From: Pseudodesulfovibrio piezophilus C1TLV30
Lineage (GTDB): Bacteria; Desulfobacterota; Desulfovibrionia; Desulfovibrionales; Desulfovibrionaceae
NCBI RefSeq assembly: GCF_000341895.1
Contig: NC_020409.1
Coordinates: 780,001-812,000 of the forward strand
Reading direction: 5' to 3'
Length of the DNA: 32,000 nt
The position numbers and the translations under genes are program-made. Shown here in pieces: positions 25,032 to 32,000 of the stretch; position 1 is the stretch's first letter; every line of letters begins with the position of its first letter. The notes below the pieces were generated by a model that was not told the DNA's origin, did not search any database, and saw only the letters and a list, made by a program, of their open reading frames with translations.

Positions 25032-27982
25032 CGGCAAAGGTTCGGGTAGAAGACTTGGCTGCTGAGCTTGGACTCAGCAACAAGGAGATCATACAGCAGC
25101 TTCGCGAGATCGGTGTTCAGGCCAAAAGCCAGAAAACCATGGTCGAAGACGAAGATGTGGACCGCCTCAAGGCGGAGATGAAGAGTGGGAGCGGCGGCAA
25201 AGAAGTTCGTCGTGTAACCGACTCTGGTGTCATAGTCAGACGCAGACGTAAAAAGAGCAAGGACGCCGTTGTCGAAGAAGAGACAATGGTTCAGGAAGAA
25301 ATAGCAGAAACTCCGTCCGAAGCCGAAACAGCCCAGGATATTTCTTCTGAAACTCCCAAGGACGAGGCTCCTGCTCCTGCTGAAGAAGTGACCGCTGAGG
25401 CAGAAGCCCCCGAAAAGGCTGCCGAGGTTCAAACAAAGAAACCAGCCGTCAAAAAACCGGCCAAACAGTCAGCTCCGCAGGTCAAGATTATCAAACCTGC
25501 TGTGGACCCGACTCCTGAAGTTATAGAACCAGAAGTCCCTGAGGCCAAGGCTGAAGCAGCAGAAACTCCTGTGGCAGAAACTGTGGCAAAAGAGGCCGCC
25601 CCCGAACCCGCGCCTGAGAAAGCCGAAGCAAAGCCTGTCGTCGTGGATACTCCTGAAGTCAAGTCCGCCCCCAAAGTAGAAGAGACGCCTGCAGCAGAAG
25701 AAAAGCCTGCTGCCAAGTCGAAAGCTCCGCACGTTGAGGAAAAGACAGCCAAAGACGACAAGAAGAAAAAGAAAAAGAAAAGAAAAGAGCCAGAAGCTCC
25801 TAAAGTTAAAATTATTTCCATGCCTGACCCCAATGAGGTTAAGGCCCGTGAAGCTGCCAAAGCGATGTCGCAGCCTGCTCGCCGCAGTGGCCCGGGTCGC
25901 CCCGGCGGCGGTCGTCCCAATGATGGACGTCCCGGAGCAGGACGCCCCGGAGCAGGACGTCCTGGTGGAGGTCGCCCTGGAGGACCAAGGCCGGGTGCCG
26001 GTCGTCCCACAGGAGGTGCGCCTGACCCACAACCACCAATGCCTGATGGCCGCAGCAAAAAGAAAAAAGGCAAAAAAGATCGCCGAGTGGTAGAATTTGC
26101 CACCGGAGGTCGCGATAAGGGAGGTCGTTTTGATGACGATTTCCAGGGACGTAAAGGTCGCAAGAAAAAGGGAGGCCGTCGGCAGCAGCAAGTTGAGCAG
26201 CCACAGGTCACTCCGATGAAGGCAGCCAAGCGCAAAATCAAATTTGATGAAGCCATCCGACTTTCTGATATGGCTCACCAGATGGGAACCAAAGCCCAGG
26301 ATCTTATCAAAGCTCTGTTTGGTATGGGAGTCATGGCGACGATCAACCAATCCCTTGATATTGATACTGCTTCACTTCTTGCCAGCGAATTTGGGTACGA
26401 AGTTGAAAACGTTTCTTTTGATGAGTTGGAATTCCTGGCTCCTTCCGAAGTGGATAAAGAAGAAGATCTCAAGTCTCGCCCTCCTGTGGTAACAATCATG
26501 GGACACGTCGATCACGGAAAGACCTCTTTGCTGGACGCAATCCGTTTATCCAATGTCACGGACGGTGAAGCTGGCGGTATTACTCAGCATATCGGTGCAT
26601 ACCATGTGCAGACAGCCAGGGGCGAAATTGTCTTCCTGGATACACCTGGTCATGAAGCATTCACGACCATGCGTATGCGTGGAGCACAGGTAACTGATAT
26701 CGTCATTCTCGTTGTTGCTGCCGATGACGGCGTCATGGAGCAAACAAGAGAAGCTATCAGCCACTCCAAGGCTGCAGGCGTTCCCATCGTTGTCGCTGTA
26801 AATAAAATTGATAAAGAAGGAGCTAATCCTGACAACGTCAAGCGAGAGCTTGCCGAACAAGGACTGGTTCCCGAAGACTGGGGTGGAGACACCATCTTTG
26901 CCCATGTTTCCGCAAAACAGAAAACCGGGCTTGATGAACTGCTTGAAATGGTTTTGCTCCAGGCAGAAGTCTTAGAGCTTAAAGCCAACCCAGATAAGCC
27001 GGGACGAGGCCACATCGTTGAAGCTCGCCTGGATAAAGGGCGCGGCCCAGTGGGCACCATGCTCATTACCGAAGGGACCATTAATCAGGGCGATAGCTTT
27101 GTTTCTGGTGTTCATTTCGGTAAAGTCCGCGCCATGTTTGACGATCAGGGCAAGAAGCTCAAAAGTGCCGGTCCGGCCATGCCTGTGGAAATCCAGGGTT
27201 TTGACGGATTGCCTGAAGCTGGTGACGAACTCTTCGTTGTTGAAGAGGAAAAGGTTGCCCGCCGCATTGCACAGTCTCGCGCCATGAAACAACGTGAGAA
27301 GATTCTATCTTCCAAGTCCAAGGTGACCTTGGAGTCATTCCTGGCTTCCAAGCCGGATGACAAGGCTCAGGATCTTAACCTGGTACTCAAAGCGGATGTA
27401 CAGGGTTCACTGGAAGCTGTTACTGAAGCCCTTAACAAGCTGTCCACCAGCGAAATCAAGATCAATGTTGTTCACGGCGGAGCCGGTGCTATCACTGAAT
27501 CAGATATTCTGCTGGCCGGTGCATCAGAGGCTATTATTATCGGCTTCAATGTGCGACCGAATCTGAAAGTCAAAGAAATCGCCGAGCATGAGGGCGTTGA
27601 AGTTCGATTCTATGACATCATCTACAAGTTGGTGCAGGAAGTAAAAGACGCCATGAGCGGCATGCTCACTCCTGATATCGAAGAAGTCTACCTTGGCCAG
27701 GCCGAAGTTCGAGAGACCTTCAGCGTTCCCAAGGTTGGTATCATCGCAGGTTGCTTCGTGCCGGACGGAAAGATTGTCCGCAACTGCAAGGTTCGCCTGC
27801 TTCGCGACGGTGTTGTTATATACACTGGCGCAGTCAGCTCCTTGCGCCGCATGAAGGACGACGTCAAAGAAGTTACTAAAGGATTCGAGTGCGGCATTGG
27901 ACTTGAAAAGTTCAATGATATTAAAGTTGGAGATGCTATCGAAGCATTTGAAACTAAAGAAGTTGCCCGTACTATCGACTAG
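25028..27982 (+). CDS. infB: Translation initiation factor IF-2
   Basis: 984 aa from the ATG at 25028 ([25 protein letters not shown]). The GTPase motifs [20 protein letters not shown] and NKID are present, as are the C-terminal domains. The track's 5' extension runs through ylxR in another frame. Confidence 0.97.
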   Translation: MTAKVRVEDLAAELGLSNKEIIQQLREIGVQAKSQKTMVEDEDVDRLKAEMKSGSGGKEVRRVTDSGVIVRRRRKKSKDAVVEEETMVQEEIAETPSEAETAQDISSETPKDEAPAPAEEVTAEAEAPEKAAEVQTKKPAVKKPAKQSAPQVKIIKPAVDPTPEVIEPEVPEAKAEAAETPVAETVAKEAAPEPAPEKAEAKPVVVDTPEVKSAPKVEETPAAEEKPAAKSKAPHVEEKTAKDDKKKKKKKRKEPEAPKVKIISMPDPNEVKAREAAKAMSQPARRSGPGRPGGGRPNDGRPGAGRPGAGRPGGGRPGGPRPGAGRPTGGAPDPQPPMPDGRSKKKKGKKDRRVVEFATGGRDKGGRFDDDFQGRKGRKKKGGRRQQQVEQPQVTPMKAAKRKIKFDEAIRLSDMAHQMGTKAQDLIKALFGMGVMATINQSLDIDTASLLASEFGYEVENVSFDELEFLAPSEVDKEEDLKSRPPVVTIMGHVDHGKTSLLDAIRLSNVTDGEAGGITQHIGAYHVQTARGEIVFLDTPGHEAFTTMRMRGAQVTDIVILVVAADDGVMEQTREAISHSKAAGVPIVVAVNKIDKEGANPDNVKRELAEQGLVPEDWGGDTIFAHVSAKQKTGLDELLEMVLLQAEVLELKANPDKPGRGHIVEARLDKGRGPVGTMLITEGTINQGDSFVSGVHFGKVRAMFDDQGKKLKSAGPAMPVEIQGFDGLPEAGDELFVVEEEKVARRIAQSRAMKQREKILSSKSKVTLESFLASKPDDKAQDLNLVLKADVQGSLEAVTEALNKLSTSEIKINVVHGGAGAITESDILLAGASEAIIIGFNVRPNLKVKEIAEHEGVEVRFYDIIYKLVQEVKDAMSGMLTPDIEEVYLGQAEVRETFSVPKVGIIAGCFVPDGKIVRNCKVRLLRDGVVIYTGAVSSLRRMKDDVKEVTKGFECGIGLEKFNDIKVGDAIEAFETKEVARTID
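25889..26017 (+). repeat. In-frame 15-nt tandem repeat encoding about 8 copies of x-x-G-R-P in the IF-2 N-terminal linker
   Basis: It translates as [43 protein letters not shown]. The nucleotide units are degenerate copies of GGnGCnGGnCGnCCn. Confidence 0.85.
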
Positions 27983-27999
27983 AAATATGACATTTAAGG

Positions 28000-28043
28000 C
28001 GGGCGACTCATTGCATTAATGGGTCGCCCGTCTTATTTTATTT
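28000..28043 (+). terminator. Rho-independent terminator after infB
   Basis: CGGGCGAC (28000-28007) pairs with GTCGCCCG (28023-28030), with an inner CATT/AATG helix, followed by TCTTATTTTATTT. It begins 18 nt after the infB stop. Confidence 0.75.
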
Positions 28044-28259
28044 CGGTAGAATCCTGTTGTTAGGCGTCCTGATGCTCCCATAGAGATCAGACGTTCATGA
28101 AAAATTACAGTAAAGCCTTCCCACTGCCTCCACAAACGTCAGACTCGACAATAAAAATCTGACACATCATGAATAGTGAGCACAGAGAGAGTGACTTTAC
28201 GTGTGTAATTGAACCGCTTGAATGCTGTAAAACCAGCACTAGCGATTGAGGATATTTTT

Positions 28260-28601
28260 ATGAAAGCATCCAGTTCCCGCCGCGCTGTCCGTATGGGTGA
28301 TCAAATTATGCGAGAGGTTGCGACCCTCCTGGTAGAAGAAGCACAGGATCCCCGTTTGCAACTGGTGACCCTGTCTGGGGTTCGCATGAATGCCAACCTG
28401 CGCATCGCTGAAATATTTTATACTGTTTCAGGCGATGCCGAACACCGTCGAAAGGTGCAGACCGGGCTTGAGAAGGCCTCGGGTTTTCTTCGTTCTCACA
28501 TTGGGCGGAGACTGAAGCTGCAATTCACACCTGAACTCAGGTTTGTTTTCGATGATTTCCTTGAGGACGTGGTCTATGGAAAGTCAAATTCAAATGATTA
28601 G
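28260..28601 (+). CDS. rbfA: Ribosome-binding factor A
   Basis: 113 aa from the ATG at 28260, behind GAGGA. RAVRMGDQIMREVATLLVEEAQDPRL and LKLQFTPELRFVFDD are typical of RbfA. Confidence 0.93.
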   Translation: MKASSSRRAVRMGDQIMREVATLLVEEAQDPRLQLVTLSGVRMNANLRIAEIFYTVSGDAEHRRKVQTGLEKASGFLRSHIGRRLKLQFTPELRFVFDDFLEDVVYGKSNSND

Positions 28602-29544
28602 CGACCAGATAAGAAACGAGGATGATTTTCTCGTTGTCTCACATTACAATCCCGATGGAGATGCCATAGGGTCGACCTGTGCCATGGGGCACATTCTCCA
28701 ATATCTCGGGAAAAAATTTACCCTGTATAACATATCCGGTGTGCCGCACCGATACGACTTTGTCGGAAAACCTGCGCCAATAACATCCACCCTTCCGGCA
28801 ACGCTGCCAAAGTGGACGATAGTCCTAGACTGTGGTGCTCTGGATCGAATCGGTGAAGATTTGCTCGCCCGTCTTGACGAAACCACAATCATTGATATCG
28901 ATCACCATCTCGGAAATGGAGACTATGGTCGATTCAACTGGGTTGATGTCCGTCAACCAGCCGTCGGTTCCATGATGGCCGTCTTGGCAACGCATCTGGG
29001 CGTCCCTATTATTGATGGCTTGGCTGAATGTATTTATCTGGCCATTGCAACAGACACCGGTTTCTTCACGTACGGTTCAACCACCCCGGAATCACTGGAG
29101 CTGGCCGCCCAAATGCTTCGGCATGGGCTGGATATGCCACGCATGAACAAAATGATCACGAAACAGTGGACCGAAGCCCGTATGCGCCTCTGGACCGAAG
29201 TGATGGCAAGCGTGGAACTGTATGCCGATAAGCAAATAGCTATTGGGGTCATAACTCAGGAAATGTTCGAGAGGACAGGCACAACCAGCGAAGACACAGA
29301 AAGTATTATCAATTTCATAAGCCGCCTGAAGACAGTCCGAGTTTCAGTCATTCTTCGTGAAGAAGCTCATGAGAGCTATAAATTCAGCCTGCGTTCCTAC
29401 GGCAATGACAATGTCCAGCAGATGGCGGTCCGCTTTGGCGGTGGTGGCCACAAGAATGCTTCAGGGGGGACACTCGAGGCCTCTCTCAAAAACGCTATCG
29501 AAATGTTGGTTGACGTAATCAGCGGTTCATTGGATAGGCCTTAG
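28576..29544 (+). CDS. nrnA: DHH/DHHA1 phosphoesterase (NrnA-like oligoribonuclease / pAp phosphatase)
   Basis: Contains the DHH-family motifs SHYNPDGDAIGS, IDIDHH and ATDTGFF, plus the DHHA1 GGGH motif (FGGGGHKNASGG). The start at 28576 lies behind GAGGA and overlaps the rbfA end by 26 nt. 28594 is an alternative start. Confidence 0.8.
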   Translation: MESQIQMISDQIRNEDDFLVVSHYNPDGDAIGSTCAMGHILQYLGKKFTLYNISGVPHRYDFVGKPAPITSTLPATLPKWTIVLDCGALDRIGEDLLARLDETTIIDIDHHLGNGDYGRFNWVDVRQPAVGSMMAVLATHLGVPIIDGLAECIYLAIATDTGFFTYGSTTPESLELAAQMLRHGLDMPRMNKMITKQWTEARMRLWTEVMASVELYADKQIAIGVITQEMFERTGTTSEDTESIINFISRLKTVRVSVILREEAHESYKFSLRSYGNDNVQQMAVRFGGGGHKNASGGTLEASLKNAIEMLVDVISGSLDRP

Positions 29545-30486
29545 ATGGGTAACAGACGCAAAAAACGCAGCCCGGAACAACGTGATGGTCTGCTGGTACT
29601 CAACAAACCGTCAGGGCCGACCTCAGCCGATTGCTTGAATGACATCAAACATCAGCTCAAACAATTCAAAATAGGCCATGCCGGAACCCTTGACCCACTT
29701 GCTTCCGGCGTCCTTTTGGTTATGCTGGGCAACGGAACCAAGTTGGCACCGTATTTGAGCGGCGCGACAAAAACCTATTGTGGTACTTTTCGATTGGGAA
29801 TAACGACTGACACCCTTGATATTCAAGGGAAAACAGTCTCCGAAACCGAAGTCACAGCCACTAAAGAAGATGTCGAACGTGAAATTTTATATTGGAAAGA
29901 GTTGACAGAACAGGAAGTTCCAGCCTATTCGGCTGCCAAACATGAGGGTAAACCGTTGTACTCTTTGGCCCGAGAGGGCAAGGAAACGCCGGTCAAGATA
30001 AAGCCCATTGTTATTTCTCATGTGGAAGTGCTAGACGTGCAAGCGAAGGAAGCTTCGTTCAGAGTCAGTTGTTCCGCCGGTACCTACATACGTTCCCTGG
30101 TCCACAGCTTGGGGACACGAATAGGGTGCGGCGCAGTGTTGACTAGCCTGAACCGCGAGCAGAGTGAGCCTTTTGGGCTCGACCATACTCACACCCTCGC
30201 AAACGTCCTGGAAAATCCGGAATCTTTTTCGGATAAGGTTATCCCCCTCGGGGAAACCCTGCCTCACTGGCCTCGGTTTCACCTGACAGAACCACTTGCC
30301 GGTCTCGTAAAAAACGGGGCTTGGCTTCCTGTCAATGATGAACCAGGTGAATTGCTTGCCGGTGTCCTTGGGGATCGAGCCATGATACTTGACCATCTCG
30401 GTTCACCGCTCGCATTGGTAGAGGCAAAGATACAGGACAATATTCTCAAATGGGGAATTCTGCGAGGTTTATGGAGTCAGGGCTGA
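29545..30486 (+). CDS. truB: tRNA pseudouridine(55) synthase
   Basis: GLLVLNKPSGPTS and the catalytic GHAGTLDPLASGVLLV motif are present. The ATG directly follows the nrnA TAG. Confidence 0.95.
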   Translation: MGNRRKKRSPEQRDGLLVLNKPSGPTSADCLNDIKHQLKQFKIGHAGTLDPLASGVLLVMLGNGTKLAPYLSGATKTYCGTFRLGITTDTLDIQGKTVSETEVTATKEDVEREILYWKELTEQEVPAYSAAKHEGKPLYSLAREGKETPVKIKPIVISHVEVLDVQAKEASFRVSCSAGTYIRSLVHSLGTRIGCGAVLTSLNREQSEPFGLDHTHTLANVLENPESFSDKVIPLGETLPHWPRFHLTEPLAGLVKNGAWLPVNDEPGELLAGVLGDRAMILDHLGSPLALVEAKIQDNILKWGILRGLWSQG

Positions 30487-30548
30487 ACCCGCTCCTTGCC
30501 ACGATCTGGCTCATTATAAATAAACACTCTAGCTAGGAGGATATCGCT

Positions 30549-30818
30549 GTGGTGATGACTGCTGAAGAAAAACAAAAGATTATTGACGAGTACAAGACCT
30601 GTGAAGGTGACACCGGCTCCCCTGAAGTTCAGGTTGCCTTGCTGACCGCACGCATTCTGTACCTGTCCGACCATTTCAAAACCCACAAGAAAGACCATCA
30701 TTCTCGTACAGGTCTGCTGAAACTTGTTGGCCAGCGCAGGAAACTGCTTAAATACCTCGCCAACAAGGACGTTCAGCGTTATCGTGACCTTATCGCACGT
30801 CTCGGCCTGCGCAAGTAG
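30549..30818 (+). CDS. rpsO: 30S ribosomal protein S15
   Basis: 89 aa. [50 protein letters not shown] is canonical S15. A GTG start lies 8 nt after AGGAGG; the ATG at 30555 is an alternative. Confidence 0.95.
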   Translation: MVMTAEEKQKIIDEYKTCEGDTGSPEVQVALLTARILYLSDHFKTHKKDHHSRTGLLKLVGQRRKLLKYLANKDVQRYRDLIARLGLRK

Positions 30819-30839
30819 TTCTTTTACAATTGAGTTTAC

Positions 30840-30861
30840 GGGGGAGACTGCGGTCTCCCCC
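30840..30861 (+). promoter_or_regulatory. GC-rich hairpin after rpsO, without a U-tract (processing or attenuation element in the rpsO-pnp spacer)
   Basis: GGGGGAGAC / loop TGCG / GTCTCCCCC gives a 9-bp perfect stem starting 22 nt after the rpsO stop. It is followed by ACATCG rather than a T-run. Confidence 0.5.
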
Positions 30862-31061
30862 ACATCGTATCATCACTCCCTGCGGCGGAGCCGTCTTCGG
30901 TTTCGTTTATACCTCTTTCGCACAGTTTAGTTGGCTGCGGAAGGCGTTTTTGGCTTATGCCATCAACTGCTCCAAAAGCTCCTCCCCAAGCCGGCTAACC
31001 CATCAGAGGGTCTTACGCAGGAAGTGATCAACCTATTACATTTAATATGTAGGAAATCACT

Positions 31062-32000
31062 ATGACAATGATTCCATTTGATGCCACAAGTGTCACCGCC
31101 AAAGTCGGTGACATCGACATCACAATTGAAACGGGTAAATATGCCCGCCAAGCCAGTGGAGCTGTGACCATCACCTCTGGCAAAACCACTGTTCTGGTCA
31201 CTGCCGTGACCCAACCCCTGGCAATTGATCGCGGCTTTTTTCCGCTGACATGCAATTATCAGGAAATGGCTTATGCCGCTGGTCGCGTGCCGGGCAACTA
31301 CTTCCGCCGAGAAGGTCGCCCTTCTGAACATGAAACTTTAGTTTCCCGTCTCATAGATCGCCCCATTCGCCCTCTTTTCGCTGATGGCTTTGCCGATGAA
31401 GTTCAGATCATCGCCACTGTTCTGTCTGCTGATAAGAGCGTCAACCCCGACGTCCTGGCTTTGACCGGTGCTTCAGCCGCATGCCACATATCCAAAATGC
31501 CTTTCCTCGGCCCCATTGTCGGTGCTCGTGTGGGATACGTGAACAATGAGTTTGTTCTCTACCCCACTTACAAGGGGATTGAAGAAGAATCCACACTGAA
31601 CCTGGTCTTCGCCGCAACACGTGATGCCATGGTCATGGTTGAAGGTGGAGCCAAGTTCGTCAGTGAAGATATCATCGCTGATGCTTTGGCATGGGGCCAT
31701 GAGCAGGTCGCTCCTCTGTTCGATATTCAAGACGAACTGCGCGAGAAAGTTGGCGTTCCCAAAATCGAAGTTGAAACTCCTGCTCAGGATGCTGAACTCG
31801 TCGAATTTCTGGGAGACTTCATCACCGCTGATCTGGAGAAGGCTCTGACTACTCCGGAGAAGATGATCCGCTATGCAGCCAAGGATGCTGCAAAGCAAAA
31901 GGCCAAAGATGCCGTCGCAGATAAATTCCCCGAAGATGAAGCCAAGCTGAAAGCTGTGGGCGATGTCATCGGAAGCATGACCAAAAAAATCGTCCGCAAC
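31062..32000 (+). CDS. pnp: Polyribonucleotide nucleotidyltransferase (PNPase), partial (3' end beyond the window)
   Basis: This ORF is missing from the track because it runs off the window edge. From the ATG at 31062 the frame stays open for 313 codons: MTMIPFDATSVTAKVGDIDITIETGKYARQASGAVTITSGKTTVLVTAV...YFRREGRPSEHETLVSRLIDRPIRPLF. This is the canonical first RNase PH domain of PNPase. Confidence 0.95.
   Translation, partial: MTMIPFDATSVTAKVGDIDITIETGKYARQASGAVTITSGKTTVLVTAVTQPLAIDRGFFPLTCNYQEMAYAAGRVPGNYFRREGRPSEHETLVSRLIDRPIRPLFADGFADEVQIIATVLSADKSVNPDVLALTGASAACHISKMPFLGPIVGARVGYVNNEFVLYPTYKGIEEESTLNLVFAATRDAMVMVEGGAKFVSEDIIADALAWGHEQVAPLFDIQDELREKVGVPKIEVETPAQDAELVEFLGDFITADLEKALTTPEKMIRYAAKDAAKQKAKDAVADKFPEDEAKLKAVGDVIGSMTKKIVRN

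Noticed and set aside
23923-25037. Minus-strand ORFs of 243 aa and 215 aa opposite the nusA 3' end and ylxR
   Set aside because: They are antisense to canonical NusA KH and acidic-tail coding sequence. The Ser-rich product simply mirrors the Glu/Asp-rich tail.
25889-26017. Tandem repeat considered as a CRISPR-like or intergenic minisatellite
   Set aside because: The units are 15 nt, contiguous with no spacers, in frame, and inside infB. It is a coding low-complexity repeat.
25429-26350. Two long minus-strand ORFs (275 and 293 aa) opposite the infB linker region
   Set aside because: They mirror the low-complexity Ala/Pro/Glu/Lys and GRPGx coding repeats of IF-2. Their products are repetitive Gly/Pro/Arg or Phe/Leu strings, which is a compositional artefact.
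28097-28162. 21-codon ORF (MKNYSKAFPLPPQTSDSTIKI) in the infB-rbfA spacer
   Set aside because: It has no SD and no recognisable peptide features, and an ORF this short is expected by chance. It is mentioned only as part of the spacer finding.

Overview
This window looks like ordinary core chromosome from a Desulfovibrio-type deltaproteobacterium. GC is mid-range by eye, and the gene order matches my memory of the D. vulgaris DVU0503-DVU0524 region; that is recollection, not a search result.

Gene content:
- Left third, all on the minus strand: der (partial), a Cache/HAMP/PAS chemoreceptor, a stand-alone mtnA and gatB. A tightly packed string follows: nadK, a 586-aa DUF89-like protein, mltA and a possible DUF4254-family protein.
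- Middle: a flagellar cluster. On the plus strand, a FlgM-associated gene plus flgM sit behind a sigma-28-like promoter. They converge on a long minus-strand run, flgF-flgG-flgA-flgH-flgI-flgJ / flgN-flgK-flgL-csrA-fliW, for which I found two sigma-54-like promoters.
- Right third, plus strand: tRNA-Gly(CCC), rimP-nusA-ylxR-infB, rbfA-nrnA-truB, rpsO and pnp (partial).

I saw no transposase, integrase, phage, CRISPR, toxin-antitoxin or defence-like content, and no compelling undescribed multi-gene system.

Best leads, all modest:
1. An Asp-box-containing module present twice in FlgL and once in FlgK.
2. The 586-aa DUF89-like protein, which has a degenerate metal-site motif and extra domains, tightly linked to nadK and mltA.
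3. The uncharacterised protein whose start overlaps the mltA stop by 8 nt.
4. A tRNA-plus-terminator leader in front of rimP-nusA-infB.
5. A 277-nt structured spacer that splits infB from rbfA.

All promoter and terminator calls come from reading the sequence by eye and need experimental or computational confirmation.
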